Source: an uncultured delta proteobacterium (GTDB lineage Bacteria > Myxococcota_A > Polyangia > Polyangiales > Polyangiaceae). From it: a stretch of DNA of 64,000 nucleotides. Shown in pieces: positions 37,230 to 48,103 of this stretch (position 1 is its first letter; each line of letters opens with the position of its first letter). Both the position numbers and the translations under genes were made by a program. The stretch is taken from assembly GCA_963806225.1 (NCBI GenBank), contig CAWDXG010000004.1, forward strand, positions 2,592,001 to 2,656,000, given 5' to 3'. The notes below the pieces were generated by a model. It had not been told where the DNA came from, searched no databases, and saw only the letters and a program-made list of their open reading frames with translations.

Positions 37230-38462
37230 ATGCGGCTTGCCGAGCGCATCCCCGATCCCAATGTGTGGCGCGTGTACCGGGCCACGCTGGCGCTCGGGCT
37301 TGCCTATGGCATCGCGATCTCGCTGACCGCGATCTTCCTCGACCAGATCGGCTTCGAGAAGTCGGATATCGGCACGCTGGCCGCGTGGTTTGCCACGGGT
37401 ATCGTCGCGCTGTCGCTGCCGATGGGCGCGCTGATCCGGCGGTTTTCAGCCAAGACGACGCTGGCCATGGCCCTCGGTGGCTACGCGATCACGGTCTCGG
37501 TGTTCCCGTTCCTGCACTCGTACACGTCCATTGCCGTGGTGCGGTTCTTCGACGGCGCGTGTTCTGTCGGCGTGTGGGTGAGCAGCGAGACGATCCTTCT
37601 CGAACGTTCGGGCAAAGACAACAAGGCATTCGTGACGAGCCTGTACGCGATCGCAATCGCCGTCGGCTACGTCGTCGGGCCTCTGGCTGCGCGGGCCATC
37701 GCCGCAGTTGCCCCGCTCCGCGCGGGATTCCTCGCTGCGGGTGTGCTGGCCGCGATCACCTCCGTCTACGTGACGACGCGACTCGAACGCGGCCCGTCGG
37801 CCTCCGATCCAGACGAGGCCGACGCCGAGGCCGGAAGCGGACGCATCGCGCCGGCGGGCTCCGCGCTGGGCGTGCTCTGGCGCATCAAGACGTCGTGCTT
37901 CGGCACCTTCGCCTACGGCTACTTCCAGGCCAGCGTCGTGCTGTTCCTGCCCCTGTACCTGATGGAGTCGAAGGGGATTGCCGAGAAGCAGACAATCATC
38001 ATCCCTGCGTTCTTCGCGGCGGGAATGTTGCTCTTTTCGAACTACGCGGGGAGGCTCGGCGACCGCTACGGGCATCTGCTCTTGATGCGCGTGCTTGGAA
38101 CCATCGGCACCGCGATGGTGCTCGGCTTCGTGTTCCTGCACTCGTTCGCGATGATGGGCCTGGCTGTTTTCGTGGCCGGCGCGACGCTGGCCAGCATCTC
38201 GCCGGTGAGCCTTGCCCTGCAGGGTGTGGTCTCCGCGCCGGAGGAGTACAGCCGCGCAACGTCCATCTACAATGCGTTCTACGCCGCCGGCATGCTGCTG
38301 GGGCCGCCGATTTCCAGCATGATCTTCGAGCATGTGGGCGGCGCGGCGATGCTGTATCACCTGGCAGCTCTGTGGGGCGGCTTCGTGGCGTTCTCGCTCC
38401 TCTTCTACCGCGACGATCCGGCAGCACGCCGCGCTCCAGAGCTGGCCGCGCCGCCCGTCTGA
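37230..38462 (+). CDS. MFS transporter
   Basis: About 12 hydrophobic segments; motif-A-like GRLGDRYG. Confidence 0.88.
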   Translation: MRLAERIPDPNVWRVYRATLALGLAYGIAISLTAIFLDQIGFEKSDIGTLAAWFATGIVALSLPMGALIRRFSAKTTLAMALGGYAITVSVFPFLHSYTSIAVVRFFDGACSVGVWVSSETILLERSGKDNKAFVTSLYAIAIAVGYVVGPLAARAIAAVAPLRAGFLAAGVLAAITSVYVTTRLERGPSASDPDEADAEAGSGRIAPAGSALGVLWRIKTSCFGTFAYGYFQASVVLFLPLYLMESKGIAEKQTIIIPAFFAAGMLLFSNYAGRLGDRYGHLLLMRVLGTIGTAMVLGFVFLHSFAMMGLAVFVAGATLASISPVSLALQGVVSAPEEYSRATSIYNAFYAAGMLLGPPISSMIFEHVGGAAMLYHLAALWGGFVAFSLLFYRDDPAARRAPELAAPPV

Positions 38463-38508
38463 CCCGCCGCTATCGCCGGCCGGTCGCTGGGAGTAGGATT
38501 GGGGGGTC

Positions 38509-40359
38509 ATGCCCCAGCCGATCGCGCGCTTGGTTCGTGGTGGAAACTGGCTCCGCGTGGGCGCCCTTCTGGGCGTTCTGGGTACGGCGGGTATTTTCGC
38601 CGCCTGCTCGAGCAGCCCCGAGGTCGTCCACGGCAACAAGGACGGCGGAGGCGGAAGCGGCGGCTTCGAAGGTGGGATCTGCCCGGCGGGGCAGTTCGTC
38701 TGCGACGGCAACGTCTCGCACGCCTGCGACGGCAAAGGCGGCGTCGTGGACTCCACGGACTGCGCGGCCGAGGGCAAGACCTGCATCGACGTGCTCGGCT
38801 GCGTGACTTGCCTGCCCGGGCAGGCAAGTTGCGCAAACGGCAAGGCTAGACTCTGCCGCGAAGACGGCTCCGGATTCGACGAGTTCGACTGCGACCCGCT
38901 GCAGGGCATGACTTGCCAGCCCGACGGATGCAAGGGCAGCTGCGCGCCCCCCCAGCTCCAGAACAGCTACCTCGGCTGCGACTACTACCCGACCATGACG
39001 CCGAATCCGGTCTGGAGCGGATTCGATTTCGTCGTCGCCGTCGCCAACGCGGGCAGCCAGGCCACCGACGTGCACGTCACGCGCGGTACGACGAACGTGA
39101 AGACGGTGAACGTCGCGCCGGGAGACCTGCAGGTGATCAAGCTGCCCTGGGTCAAGGAGTTGAAGGGCGGTGATGTCAACGCCTGCCAGCAGCCGCCGGA
39201 GCCCGGCAACACCCGCGTGGTCAAGGGCGGCGCCTATCGCCTCCGCACCGACCAGCCCGTGACCGTCTACCAGCTGAGCCCGCTCGACTACCAGATCGAT
39301 CCGGTGCCGGCAGGCTGTCCGCTCGGCAAGGACTGCCCCGGCGGGTTCGGCAGCGAATGCCTTTCGTTCTCGAACGACGCCTCGCTTCTGATGCCGGCGA
39401 CCACGCTGACGGCCAACTACACATCGCTCGCCTGGCCTTCCCGCGGCAACCGCGCTGGGTTCGTGGCGGTCACGGCAACCCAGGACAACACCCAGGTCCA
39501 GTTGATCGGCAACGGCACCTTCGCCGCCGGCGGCGGCATCGACGGACAGGGCAACGGTACAGTGACGCTCGCGCGCGGCGACGTGCTGCTCGCACTGGCC
39601 GGCCACGGCGGTAGCGCGACAAACAGCTTCGGTCCGGACATCAGCGGCACGCGCATCAAGGCCTCGGCCCCGGTCCAGGTCATCTCCGGACAGTCGTGCG
39701 CGAACGTCCCCGACCCCGACACGGGCGAGTGCGATCACATCGAGCACGCGATGCTGCCCATCGAGACGCTGGGCAAGGACTACCTGGTCACGTTCCCCGC
39801 CGCGCTCGCGAGCACCTCACCGCACGTGGTGCGCATCGAGGCGGTCGACAAGGACACCCATGTGACGTTCGATCCGGCTTTCCAGCCGCCCGCGACACTA
39901 CAACCCGGAACCGCGCCGCTCGAGCTCGACAACGTCAAGCAGGACTTCCGGGTGCAAGCGGACCAGCCGATCCTGATCACGCAGTACATGGAGGGGCAGA
40001 CCGCCGTGCCGAGCGGCTCTGGCGATCCGTCGATGGCGGTGGTGGTACCGACGGCGCAGTACCGCAAGAAGTACCTGTTCATCGCCTCCAGCAGCTACGA
40101 CACGAACTTCGTCAACGTGGTGGCGCCCAAGGGCAGCACGGTCACGCTGGACGGAACGAAGCTGCCCGCGTCGGAGTTCTCGAACATCGGCGCATCGGGC
40201 TTCACAGTCGCGCGCCACAAGCTGTCGCAGGCCAACGTGCACAGCATCGAGTCCGACCAGCAGTTCGGAATCGTCGTCTACGGCTACGGCCGCTACACGA
40301 GCTACATGTACCCGGGCGGGCTGGATCTGAAACGCATCGCACCACCCCCTATCTACTGA
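38509..40359 (+). CDS. Lipoprotein with IgGFc-binding-protein N-terminal-like domain
   Basis: FAAC lipobox; SNDASLLMP, DHIEHAMLPIETLGKDY, GDPSM, SYMYPGG. Confidence 0.78.
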   Translation: MPQPIARLVRGGNWLRVGALLGVLGTAGIFAACSSSPEVVHGNKDGGGGSGGFEGGICPAGQFVCDGNVSHACDGKGGVVDSTDCAAEGKTCIDVLGCVTCLPGQASCANGKARLCREDGSGFDEFDCDPLQGMTCQPDGCKGSCAPPQLQNSYLGCDYYPTMTPNPVWSGFDFVVAVANAGSQATDVHVTRGTTNVKTVNVAPGDLQVIKLPWVKELKGGDVNACQQPPEPGNTRVVKGGAYRLRTDQPVTVYQLSPLDYQIDPVPAGCPLGKDCPGGFGSECLSFSNDASLLMPATTLTANYTSLAWPSRGNRAGFVAVTATQDNTQVQLIGNGTFAAGGGIDGQGNGTVTLARGDVLLALAGHGGSATNSFGPDISGTRIKASAPVQVISGQSCANVPDPDTGECDHIEHAMLPIETLGKDYLVTFPAALASTSPHVVRIEAVDKDTHVTFDPAFQPPATLQPGTAPLELDNVKQDFRVQADQPILITQYMEGQTAVPSGSGDPSMAVVVPTAQYRKKYLFIASSSYDTNFVNVVAPKGSTVTLDGTKLPASEFSNIGASGFTVARHKLSQANVHSIESDQQFGIVVYGYGRYTSYMYPGGLDLKRIAPPPIY

Positions 40360-40510
40360 GGGGTAGTACAAGGTACGTGGATCTGCGACCTGAAAATCCG
40401 CCGGCACAAGAATACTTCATAATAGTCGGGTACTCTATCCACGCGGGCTTCCTTGCAGGATCAAGATCATGGGGCCCGCTTCGGCCGTCGTCGGCCGCAA
40501 GGAGGTCGCC

Positions 40511-42463
40511 ATGAGTGCTCGCGTATCCGGAGGGGTTTCAAGGAGACGGATGGGCCTCGGCGGTGCTCTGCTGCTCACACTGGCAAGCGCGATCCTGTTG
40601 CTGCTCGCCGCAGCCGGCTGCGGCGGCTCGGGCGAGACCAACCAGGGCGGCGGTAGCGGCGGCTCTGCGGCGAACGGCGCGGGCGGCTCCGCGGCGGACG
40701 GGGGCATCGGCACCGGCGGCAGCGCGGCGAACGGCTCGGGCGGCTCGGCCGCAAGCGGCTCGGGCGGCTCGGCCGCGAGCGGTTCCGGCGGCGGCGCGGC
40801 CAGTGGTGGCGGCGGACCCATCGGCAGCGGAGGCGGCACCGGCTGCACGCCGACCACCTGCGCCGATGCGAGTGCGGCCTGCGGCAGCGTTTCCGACGGC
40901 TGCGGCGGTACACTGAAGTGCGGCACCTGCGGTAGCGGCAAGATCTGCAACGCCAAGCACCAGTGCATCTCCACCAACGACGCGTGTACGCAGGCTGGCG
41001 TCGAGTGCGGAATCATCACCGACGTCTGCGGCGACCCCATCAACTGCGGCGCCTGCGCGGCCGGCGAGGTGTGCAACGGCTCGACCGGCAAATGCGGCCC
41101 CTGCCAGCCGATCACGTGTCAGCAGGCGAAGCTGTGCGGCACCAACCCCGATGGCTGCGGCAGCACGATCGATTGCGGCGCGTGCGGGTCCGGGATGGCC
41201 TGCGACAAGTTCACGCACAGCTGCCAGACCTGCCAGAAGACGACCTGCGCCGCGGAGAATGCGGAGTGTGGCAGCCTCTCCGATGGCTGCGGCGGAACGC
41301 TGAGCTGCGGCGGTTGCCCCAAGGGAGAGACGTGCATCGGCAACGTGTGCAAGCCGCCGCCGCCCCCTGCCGAGTGCCAGAACCAGAACAAGAACTGCGG
41401 CACCGTCACCAACAGCTGCACGGGACAGAAGCTGAACTGCGGCAGCTGCCTGCCCGGCGAAGTGTGCTCGAACAACGTGTGCGTCTCCTGCGTACCGAAG
41501 AGCTGCGCGGAGCTCGGCCTGCAGTGCGGCACCGCCGACGACGGTTGCGGCGGTACGCTGCAGTGCGGAATCTGCAAGGTCGGCGACAAGTGCGACAAGA
41601 ACATCTGCTGCACGCCCACCACCTGCAAGGCCAAGGGCAAGGACTGTGGGCATATTTCCGACGGTTGCGGCGGTACGCTCGACTGCGGCAACTGCTCGAA
41701 CAACGAGAAATGCGGCGGCGGCGGAACCGCGAACGTGTGCTCGCCCTGCGTGCCGAAGACATGCAGCGGCGAAGGTCTGACCTGCGGCACTCATTCGGAC
41801 GGCTGCGGCGGACAGCTCGACTGCGGCAACTGTGCGACCAACGAGAGCTGCTACAACGGGCAGTGCTGCACGCCCACCACCTGTGCGGCAGAGGGCAAGG
41901 ACTGCGGACAGATCTCCGACGGCTGCGGCGGGTCGCTCGACTGCGGCACCTGCTCGAACGGCGACGTGTGCGGCGGCGGCGGAACCGCCAACGTGTGCGC
42001 GCCCTGCGTGCCCAAGACCTGCACCGAGGTGGGCGCTGAATGTGGCCCGGCGAGCGACACCTGCGGCGGGCAGCTCGACTGCGGAACCTGCGCCACCAAC
42101 GAGGTCTGCGACCAGGCAAGGTGCTGCACGCCGACCACCTGCGCGGCAGCCGGCGCCCAGTGCGGCAGCGTCTCCAACGGTTGCGGCGGCACGCTCGACT
42201 GCGGAGCGTGCGGCTCGGGACAGGCCTGCCGCTCCAACAACACCTGCTGCACGAAGAAGACCTGTGCCGGCATCGGCCGCTCCTGCGGCAAGGCGTCGGA
42301 CGGCTGCGGCGGGACGCTGAACTGCGGCAACTGCCCGGGCAGCCAGATCTGCCTGGCCAACGGCACCTGCTGTGCACCCACCGATTGCACCACCAACTGC
42401 GGCTACAGCGGGCCCGACGGCTGCGGCGGCACCGTCACCTGTCCGGCCTGCCCGCCCGGCTGA
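40511..42463 (+). CDS. Lipoprotein built from Cys-rich DGCGGxLxCG repeats
   Basis: AAAGC lipobox, Gly/Ser linker, more than 12 C.P.TC......CG...DGCGG.L.CG.C units; GGAGG RBS. Confidence 0.82.
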   Translation: MSARVSGGVSRRRMGLGGALLLTLASAILLLLAAAGCGGSGETNQGGGSGGSAANGAGGSAADGGIGTGGSAANGSGGSAASGSGGSAASGSGGGAASGGGGPIGSGGGTGCTPTTCADASAACGSVSDGCGGTLKCGTCGSGKICNAKHQCISTNDACTQAGVECGIITDVCGDPINCGACAAGEVCNGSTGKCGPCQPITCQQAKLCGTNPDGCGSTIDCGACGSGMACDKFTHSCQTCQKTTCAAENAECGSLSDGCGGTLSCGGCPKGETCIGNVCKPPPPPAECQNQNKNCGTVTNSCTGQKLNCGSCLPGEVCSNNVCVSCVPKSCAELGLQCGTADDGCGGTLQCGICKVGDKCDKNICCTPTTCKAKGKDCGHISDGCGGTLDCGNCSNNEKCGGGGTANVCSPCVPKTCSGEGLTCGTHSDGCGGQLDCGNCATNESCYNGQCCTPTTCAAEGKDCGQISDGCGGSLDCGTCSNGDVCGGGGTANVCAPCVPKTCTEVGAECGPASDTCGGQLDCGTCATNEVCDQARCCTPTTCAAAGAQCGSVSNGCGGTLDCGACGSGQACRSNNTCCTKKTCAGIGRSCGKASDGCGGTLNCGNCPGSQICLANGTCCAPTDCTTNCGYSGPDGCGGTVTCPACPPG

Positions 42464-42479
42464 TCCGCGAAAGGCAACC

Positions 42480-44339
42480 TTGAGACCAGCGACCGAGGGG
42501 TTGACGCGTCTGGCACTGCTCCTTTCCCTGTTCCTGCTTCCCGCGTGCGGCGGGGGCGGGAGCGCGGGCGGAGGGGGCTCCACGGGAGGGGCCGGCGGCA
42601 ACGGCGGCGGTGGAACCGGCGGCGCCACGGGCACGAGCTACGGAACCTGCAGCATCGACCGCTGGTGCTGGGAGCGTCCCTCACCCCAGGGCAACCAGCT
42701 CTTCGACGTGTGGGCCGACAAGCTGACCAACGTCTGGGCGGTCGGCGCACACGGCGTGATCCTGCATCACGACGGCGTCAACTGGAGCGGCACGTACGCC
42801 CCCGGACATAGCGTTCTGCACAGCGTGTGGGGCAGCGGGCCGTCGGACATCTGGGCTGTGGGCGACGACAGCGCCGTCGTGCACTTCGACGGCACCGGAT
42901 GGGCGAGCTTCAACGTGGATCCCGGCAGCGACGCGGGCACGCCGCCAACGCACGCCTTCCGGGCGGTGACAGGAACCGGCCCGAACGACGTGTGGGCGTT
43001 CGGCGGCGGCGGCATCATCTACCACTACGACGGGTCCGGCTGGACGAGCGACACCAGTCCGATCACCAGCACGCTCCTGAGCGCGTGGGCCGACCCCAGC
43101 GGCGAGGTGTGGGCCGTCGGCGTCCAGGGCAAGATCATCCACTACGACGGCACGAGCTGGAAGGCGCAGGCGAGCGGCGCTACCACGACGCTCTACGCCG
43201 TGCGCGGCACGAGCGCGAGCGACGTCTGGGCGACGGGCGGCAACGTAGTGCTGCACTACGACGGCACAAGCTGGAAGAACGGCGCTGCCGGAACCGCCGC
43301 GGGCACCATTGGCGGAGCCATCGCACTGGCGCTCGACGGTCAAGAGGTCTGGGAGTTCGGCAGCGGTGGACGCGCCGCGCGCTACGACGGCAGCACGTGG
43401 ACCGCCCTGAGCACGGGAATCAGCGACACCCTCTGGGGCGCCACCCAGCTGGAGTCCGGCAAGGTGCTCGCCGTCGGCGATCACGGCGCGCTGCTCTACT
43501 ACGCCGGCGACAAGCGCGCCCAGCTGACCGCGGGCGGCGCGAAGAACCACTTGGCGGTAAGCGGCAGCAGCAGCAGCGACGTGTGGGTGGTGGGCGACGA
43601 GGTGCTGCACTTCAACGGCAAGAGCTGGAGCGTCATCGATACCAAGAACCCGCGCTCGCTCTACGGCGTGGAAGCCGACGCCCCGGACAGCGCCATCGCC
43701 GTCGGCACCGGCGGCACCCTGCTGACCTGGGACGGTTCCGCGTGGACCCCTACGGTGAGCGGCACCGGCAACTGGCTGCGCGGCGTGTGGAGCGACCGGC
43801 AGGGCACCGCGTTCGCCGTCGGCGCAGCGGGCACCACCGTGAAGCTGTCCAGCGTGGCTGGCTGGGCGAAGCTGCCGAGCGGCGTCGGTGTGACGCTGAA
43901 TGCCGTGTGGGGCGCGGACGCGAGCCGCGTCTGGGCCGTCGGCGACAGCGGCACCGTGCTCGGCTGGGATACCGTCAAGTGGACGAAGATGAGCGTCACG
44001 TACGAAGGCGGAGCCGCGCCTTCACTGCGCGCGGTGTGGGGCAGCGGTCCGGACAGCGTGTGGGCTGTGGGCTCCAACGGCAGCGTGCTCTTCTATGACG
44101 GGACGAGCTGGGCCGAACAGACGGGCGGCGAGGACTATTCGCTGAACGCCATCTGGGGCAGCTCGGACAAGGACGTGTGGGCCGCCGGCACGGGAGGCAC
44201 GCTGCTGCACTTCGACGGGTCCGGCTGGACGCCATCCGATAGCGGCACGAGCGTGACGCTCGACGGCCTATGGGGCGCGAGCGGCAGCGACGTGCGGGCG
44301 GTCGGCGAAGACGGCCTGATCCTGCACTACCAGCCCTGA
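42480..44339 (+). CDS. Lipoprotein with VWGSxxxDVWAVG repeats (beta-propeller-like)
   Basis: LLPAC lipobox; about 14 L..VWG....DVWAVG..G..LH.DG..W repeats. Confidence 0.78.
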   Translation: MRPATEGLTRLALLLSLFLLPACGGGGSAGGGGSTGGAGGNGGGGTGGATGTSYGTCSIDRWCWERPSPQGNQLFDVWADKLTNVWAVGAHGVILHHDGVNWSGTYAPGHSVLHSVWGSGPSDIWAVGDDSAVVHFDGTGWASFNVDPGSDAGTPPTHAFRAVTGTGPNDVWAFGGGGIIYHYDGSGWTSDTSPITSTLLSAWADPSGEVWAVGVQGKIIHYDGTSWKAQASGATTTLYAVRGTSASDVWATGGNVVLHYDGTSWKNGAAGTAAGTIGGAIALALDGQEVWEFGSGGRAARYDGSTWTALSTGISDTLWGATQLESGKVLAVGDHGALLYYAGDKRAQLTAGGAKNHLAVSGSSSSDVWVVGDEVLHFNGKSWSVIDTKNPRSLYGVEADAPDSAIAVGTGGTLLTWDGSAWTPTVSGTGNWLRGVWSDRQGTAFAVGAAGTTVKLSSVAGWAKLPSGVGVTLNAVWGADASRVWAVGDSGTVLGWDTVKWTKMSVTYEGGAAPSLRAVWGSGPDSVWAVGSNGSVLFYDGTSWAEQTGGEDYSLNAIWGSSDKDVWAAGTGGTLLHFDGSGWTPSDSGTSVTLDGLWGASGSDVRAVGEDGLILHYQP

Positions 44340-44444
44340 CCGGAAATCCTGCGGCGGCGTATCCAGCGTCGATCCTGCTGCATCGACGCCCCCCTTGCAG
44401 GAAGGCGCTCTGCCGCGTATGGCACGTAGCGTCATAGGCCCCCA

Positions 44445-45656
44445 ATGAGCGACAAAGAGCACGAAAACCGCATCGTCCTGCACATCGCCGGCACGGATCG
44501 CCCGGGCGTCACCGCACGCCTGGCCGGGATCATCGCCGAGGAAAACGCCGAGCTGGTCAATATCGGCCAGTCCGCGCTCAACGGCTACCTGATGCTGTCG
44601 GCGATCGTCGACATCCCCTCGAACAGCAACGCGCTCCGACGCATCCTGTTCGACGCGGCCGAGCAGGGGCTCAAGCTCGAGGTGAGTGCGTTCCGCCCGC
44701 AGATCGAGTCGCGGCCCACCGAGATGCCGGGCCTGTGCATCACCGTGCTGGGCGACCTCGCCCACGGCGGCGCCGTGGCCGCGCTGACCCGCTTCATGGC
44801 CACGCGCGGCATGAATATCCACGAGATCCGCTCGCTGAGCGAAGAAGCGCTGACAGGCCTGGAGCTGATTGCAGACGTGGATCCCGGCAAGGAGCTGGGC
44901 GATCAGGGCTTTGCCGATCTGCGCGGCGCGTTTCTCCGGCTGGGCAAGGAGCTGGGAGTCGACCTGGCGGTGCAGAAGGACGACATCTTCCGCCGAAACA
45001 AGCGGCTGGTGTGCATGGACGTGGACTCGACGTTCGTGAAGGGCGAGTTCATCGACGAGCTGGCGGAGCTGGTAGACGTCAAGGAACAGGTCGCCGCCAT
45101 CACCGCCCGCGCCATGCGCGGCGAGATCGAGTTCAAGCAGGCGCTAGCCGAGCGCGTGAAGCTGCTCGAGGGGCTGCCCATCCAGAAGGCCAAGGAGCTG
45201 GGCGACAAGCTCGAGCTGACACCGGGCGCGAAGAGCTTCGTGCGTACGCTCAAGAGCCTGGGCTTCCGTGTGGGGCTGGTGAGCGGAGGCTTCGACTTCT
45301 TCGTCGACGAGCTGAAGACGCGCTTCGGACTCGACTTCGCCTTCGCCAACGAGCTCGAGGTCAACGACGGCATCCTCACCGGCCGCGTACAGGGCACAGT
45401 CGTTGATCCCGAGCGCAAGGCCCAGATCCTGCGCGACATGGCCAAGGTCTACAAGTGCCGGCTGGAGCAGACGGTCGCCATCGGCGACGGCGCCAACGAC
45501 ATGCTGATGCTGCAGACCGCCGGCCTCGGCATCGCCTTCCGCGCCAAGCCCAAGCTGCAGGAAGTGGCGGACATGAGCCTGAATCACCACGAGCGGCTCG
45601 ACACGCTGCTGTTCCTGATGGGGTTCAACGCCCGCGACCTGCGCAGCGTGGAGTAG
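44445..45656 (+). CDS. serB: Phosphoserine phosphatase with N-terminal ACT domains
   Basis: GTDRPGV (ACT), MDVDST (HAD motif I), SGGF, GDGAND. Confidence 0.93.
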   Translation: MSDKEHENRIVLHIAGTDRPGVTARLAGIIAEENAELVNIGQSALNGYLMLSAIVDIPSNSNALRRILFDAAEQGLKLEVSAFRPQIESRPTEMPGLCITVLGDLAHGGAVAALTRFMATRGMNIHEIRSLSEEALTGLELIADVDPGKELGDQGFADLRGAFLRLGKELGVDLAVQKDDIFRRNKRLVCMDVDSTFVKGEFIDELAELVDVKEQVAAITARAMRGEIEFKQALAERVKLLEGLPIQKAKELGDKLELTPGAKSFVRTLKSLGFRVGLVSGGFDFFVDELKTRFGLDFAFANELEVNDGILTGRVQGTVVDPERKAQILRDMAKVYKCRLEQTVAIGDGANDMLMLQTAGLGIAFRAKPKLQEVADMSLNHHERLDTLLFLMGFNARDLRSVE

Positions 45657-45665
45657 CAGCCGGTC

Positions 45666-46172
45666 TCAAGGGTAGTAGCACTTCACCGTGAGCCCGCCGC
45701 CCTGGTCGTCGCACGTGCAGCTCGGAAGATACTGCTCGTGAGCGCCGACACAGGCGCAGGAGGGCGAGCCGGTGCAGTCGGCAGGGAGTGGCACGCAGTG
45801 CGTGTTCGCGCCGGCGTCGCTGCAGGCAAGCCCCGCGTCGGGCGGTGACCCGAAGATCGGCGACGCACCCGCATAGTCGATGTGGCAGTAGTGCGTCGTG
45901 CCGTCACAGCACACGCCGTCGCAGTCGAACACGCCGGCGTCGATCGTTCCGGAGTCCGGCCAGGGGTTTGCGGCCGGCGAATCGGGGGCTGCGTCGAAGC
46001 CAGGCAAGCCCGCGCTCCCCGCGGCGGCGCCGCCGCCCGCCGCACCGCCCCCTGCTGCCGCACTGCCTCCCGCGCCAGCCCCGCCGCCGTTCGCGCTGCT
46101 CGATGACCCGCATCCCGCTGCCAGCCCCACCGTCGCGAGAAGCACCGCCGTCGCCCGCCACCACGTCGCCAT
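45666..46172 (-). CDS. Small Cys-rich lipoprotein
   Basis: LAAGC lipobox, Gly/Ala linker, CVPLPADC...CAC tail. Confidence 0.65.
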   Translation of the reverse strand: MATWWRATAVLLATVGLAAGCGSSSSANGGGAGAGGSAAAGGGAAGGGAAAGSAGLPGFDAAPDSPAANPWPDSGTIDAGVFDCDGVCCDGTTHYCHIDYAGASPIFGSPPDAGLACSDAGANTHCVPLPADCTGSPSCACVGAHEQYLPSCTCDDQGGGLTVKCYYP

Positions 46173-46239
46173 GCTGTCATTCTGCGCGCTTCCTCCACGG
46201 AAGTCACATGATCCGGATCGCAGGCGGTACAATCAGGCG

Positions 46240-47085
46240 ATGAGCACCCGCCCCTATCGCCGCTGGGAAGCGCTGCTCGATCGCTTCGTCGACGACGAGC
46301 TGGCCGAACGCGTCGAACGCGCGGGCCTCGGCGTCAACGAGTACGGCTACGACCGCTGGGGCGCGTCCGCGGCCGCGGCCCGGCGGGCATTGCCGATCCT
46401 GAGGCTTCTGTACCAGCGCTACTTCCGCGTCGAGACGCGCGGGCTCGGGAACATACCCGAGGGCCGCGTGCTCTTGATCTCGAACCACAGCGCCCAGCTC
46501 GCCTACGACGGCATGCTGATCGGCGCGGCCCTGGCGCTGGAGGCCGAGCCGCCCCGCTTCGTGCGCACCATGATCGAGCGCTTCTTCGCCGAGCCGCCCT
46601 TCGTCAATCTTTTCATGACGCGAATGGGCCAGCTCATCGGCCTGCCGTCGCACGCGCGGCGTCTGCTCACTGAAGAAGAGGCCGCAGTTCTGGTCTTCCC
46701 CGAGGGCGAGCGCGGCGGCGGCAAGGTGTGGAAGGACCGTTACCGCATCATGGGGTTCGGGCAGGGCTTCCTCAGGCTGGCGCTCGAGACGAAGACGCCC
46801 ATCGTACCGATCGGGTTCGTGGGCGGCGAGGAGATGTGCCCTAGCCTGAGCCGCATGGAACCGCTCGCGCGGCTGCTCGGCCTGCCCTACATCCCGCTCA
46901 CACCGACGATCCTGCCCCTACCGTTGCCGGTGAAGGTGCTGATCAACTTCGGCGAGCCGCTCCGCTTCGAGGGAACCGGCAACGAGGAGGACGACGTGAT
47001 CCGCCCCATGGTGGCGCGTGTGGAACACGAGGTGAAGGCGCTCATCGACGAGGGGCTCGAGCTGAGGGAGGGCGTGTTCGGATGA
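46240..47085 (+). CDS. Lysophospholipid acyltransferase (PlsC superfamily)
   Basis: SNHSAQLAYD, VFPEG, PIVPIGFVG. Confidence 0.85.
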   Translation: MSTRPYRRWEALLDRFVDDELAERVERAGLGVNEYGYDRWGASAAAARRALPILRLLYQRYFRVETRGLGNIPEGRVLLISNHSAQLAYDGMLIGAALALEAEPPRFVRTMIERFFAEPPFVNLFMTRMGQLIGLPSHARRLLTEEEAAVLVFPEGERGGGKVWKDRYRIMGFGQGFLRLALETKTPIVPIGFVGGEEMCPSLSRMEPLARLLGLPYIPLTPTILPLPLPVKVLINFGEPLRFEGTGNEEDDVIRPMVARVEHEVKALIDEGLELREGVFG

Positions 47086-48017
47086 GCGACAGTGTGCTCG
47101 TGACCGGCGCAGCCGGCTCGGTCGGGCGCATCGCCGTCCGCCAGCTGACGCGTGCGGGGCACCGCGTGATCGCGGTCGACCGCCGCAAGCCGGACTACCT
47201 GCCCTCGGGCGCCAGCCGGCACCAACTCGATGTGCGCAAGCGCGGCTTCGACGACCTGCTCAAGCGCGAGCGGCCGAGGGCGCTCGTGCACCTGGCGCGC
47301 ATTTCCAGCTTCGAGGTGCCCGCCGCCGAGCGTCACCGCGTCAATTTCGAGGGCACCGTACGCGTCTTCGAGGCCGCGCTCGCCGCCGGCGTGAAGAAGC
47401 TCGTGCTGCTCAGCCGCCACACCGTCTACGGCGCGCTGCCCGATCAGCCACAGTTCCTGGGCGAGGAACATCCGCCCTCGGCCGGCCGCACCTTCCCGGA
47501 GATCCATGACCTGGTCGCGGCCGACCTGTACGCAGCCGGGATGCTGTGGCAGCACCCGGAAGCCGAGGTCGTGGTGCTGCGCCCCGTGAACACCCTGGGC
47601 GCCGGGGCGAACACGCTGTTCTCGCGCTATCTCATGCAGCCGCGCGTCTTCACCATCGCCGGCTTCAATCCGCTCTACCAGCTCTTGCACGAGGACGACC
47701 TCGGCGTCGCCGTGGAGCTCTCGCTTGCGTCCGGCGTCCGCGGCGTGTTCAACGTGACCGGTCCCGGCGACGTGCCGCTGCACATCATCGTGGAGGAGTG
47801 CGGCGCGCGGCGCGTACCGCTGCCGGAGCCCGTCGTACGCCTGGTGCGCGGCCGGCTCGGCTTTCCGAGCATCCCCCAGGGCGCCGTCGATTTCCTGAAA
47901 TACCCTTGCACAGTCGACGGCAGCCGCTTCCAGCAGGCCACCGGCTTCGCTCCGACGCACACGCTTCCCGATACGCTGGCCGACATGCGCGAGCGGCGGC
48001 GCGCGCGGTACGGCTAG
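47082..48017 (+). CDS. NAD-dependent epimerase/dehydratase (extended SDR)
   Basis: VLVTGAAGSVG, VHLA, VNFEGT, TVYG; start overlaps the acyltransferase stop. Confidence 0.85.
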   Translation: MSDSVLVTGAAGSVGRIAVRQLTRAGHRVIAVDRRKPDYLPSGASRHQLDVRKRGFDDLLKRERPRALVHLARISSFEVPAAERHRVNFEGTVRVFEAALAAGVKKLVLLSRHTVYGALPDQPQFLGEEHPPSAGRTFPEIHDLVAADLYAAGMLWQHPEAEVVVLRPVNTLGAGANTLFSRYLMQPRVFTIAGFNPLYQLLHEDDLGVAVELSLASGVRGVFNVTGPGDVPLHIIVEECGARRVPLPEPVVRLVRGRLGFPSIPQGAVDFLKYPCTVDGSRFQQATGFAPTHTLPDTLADMRERRRARYG

Positions 48018-48103
48018 CGACCACCGTCCCCAACATCCAGCGACAACCGGACCGCCAGCGGGCGAGGCGCGGGGCGTGGCCGCAGGCGATCCGGCAGCGC
48101 TGG

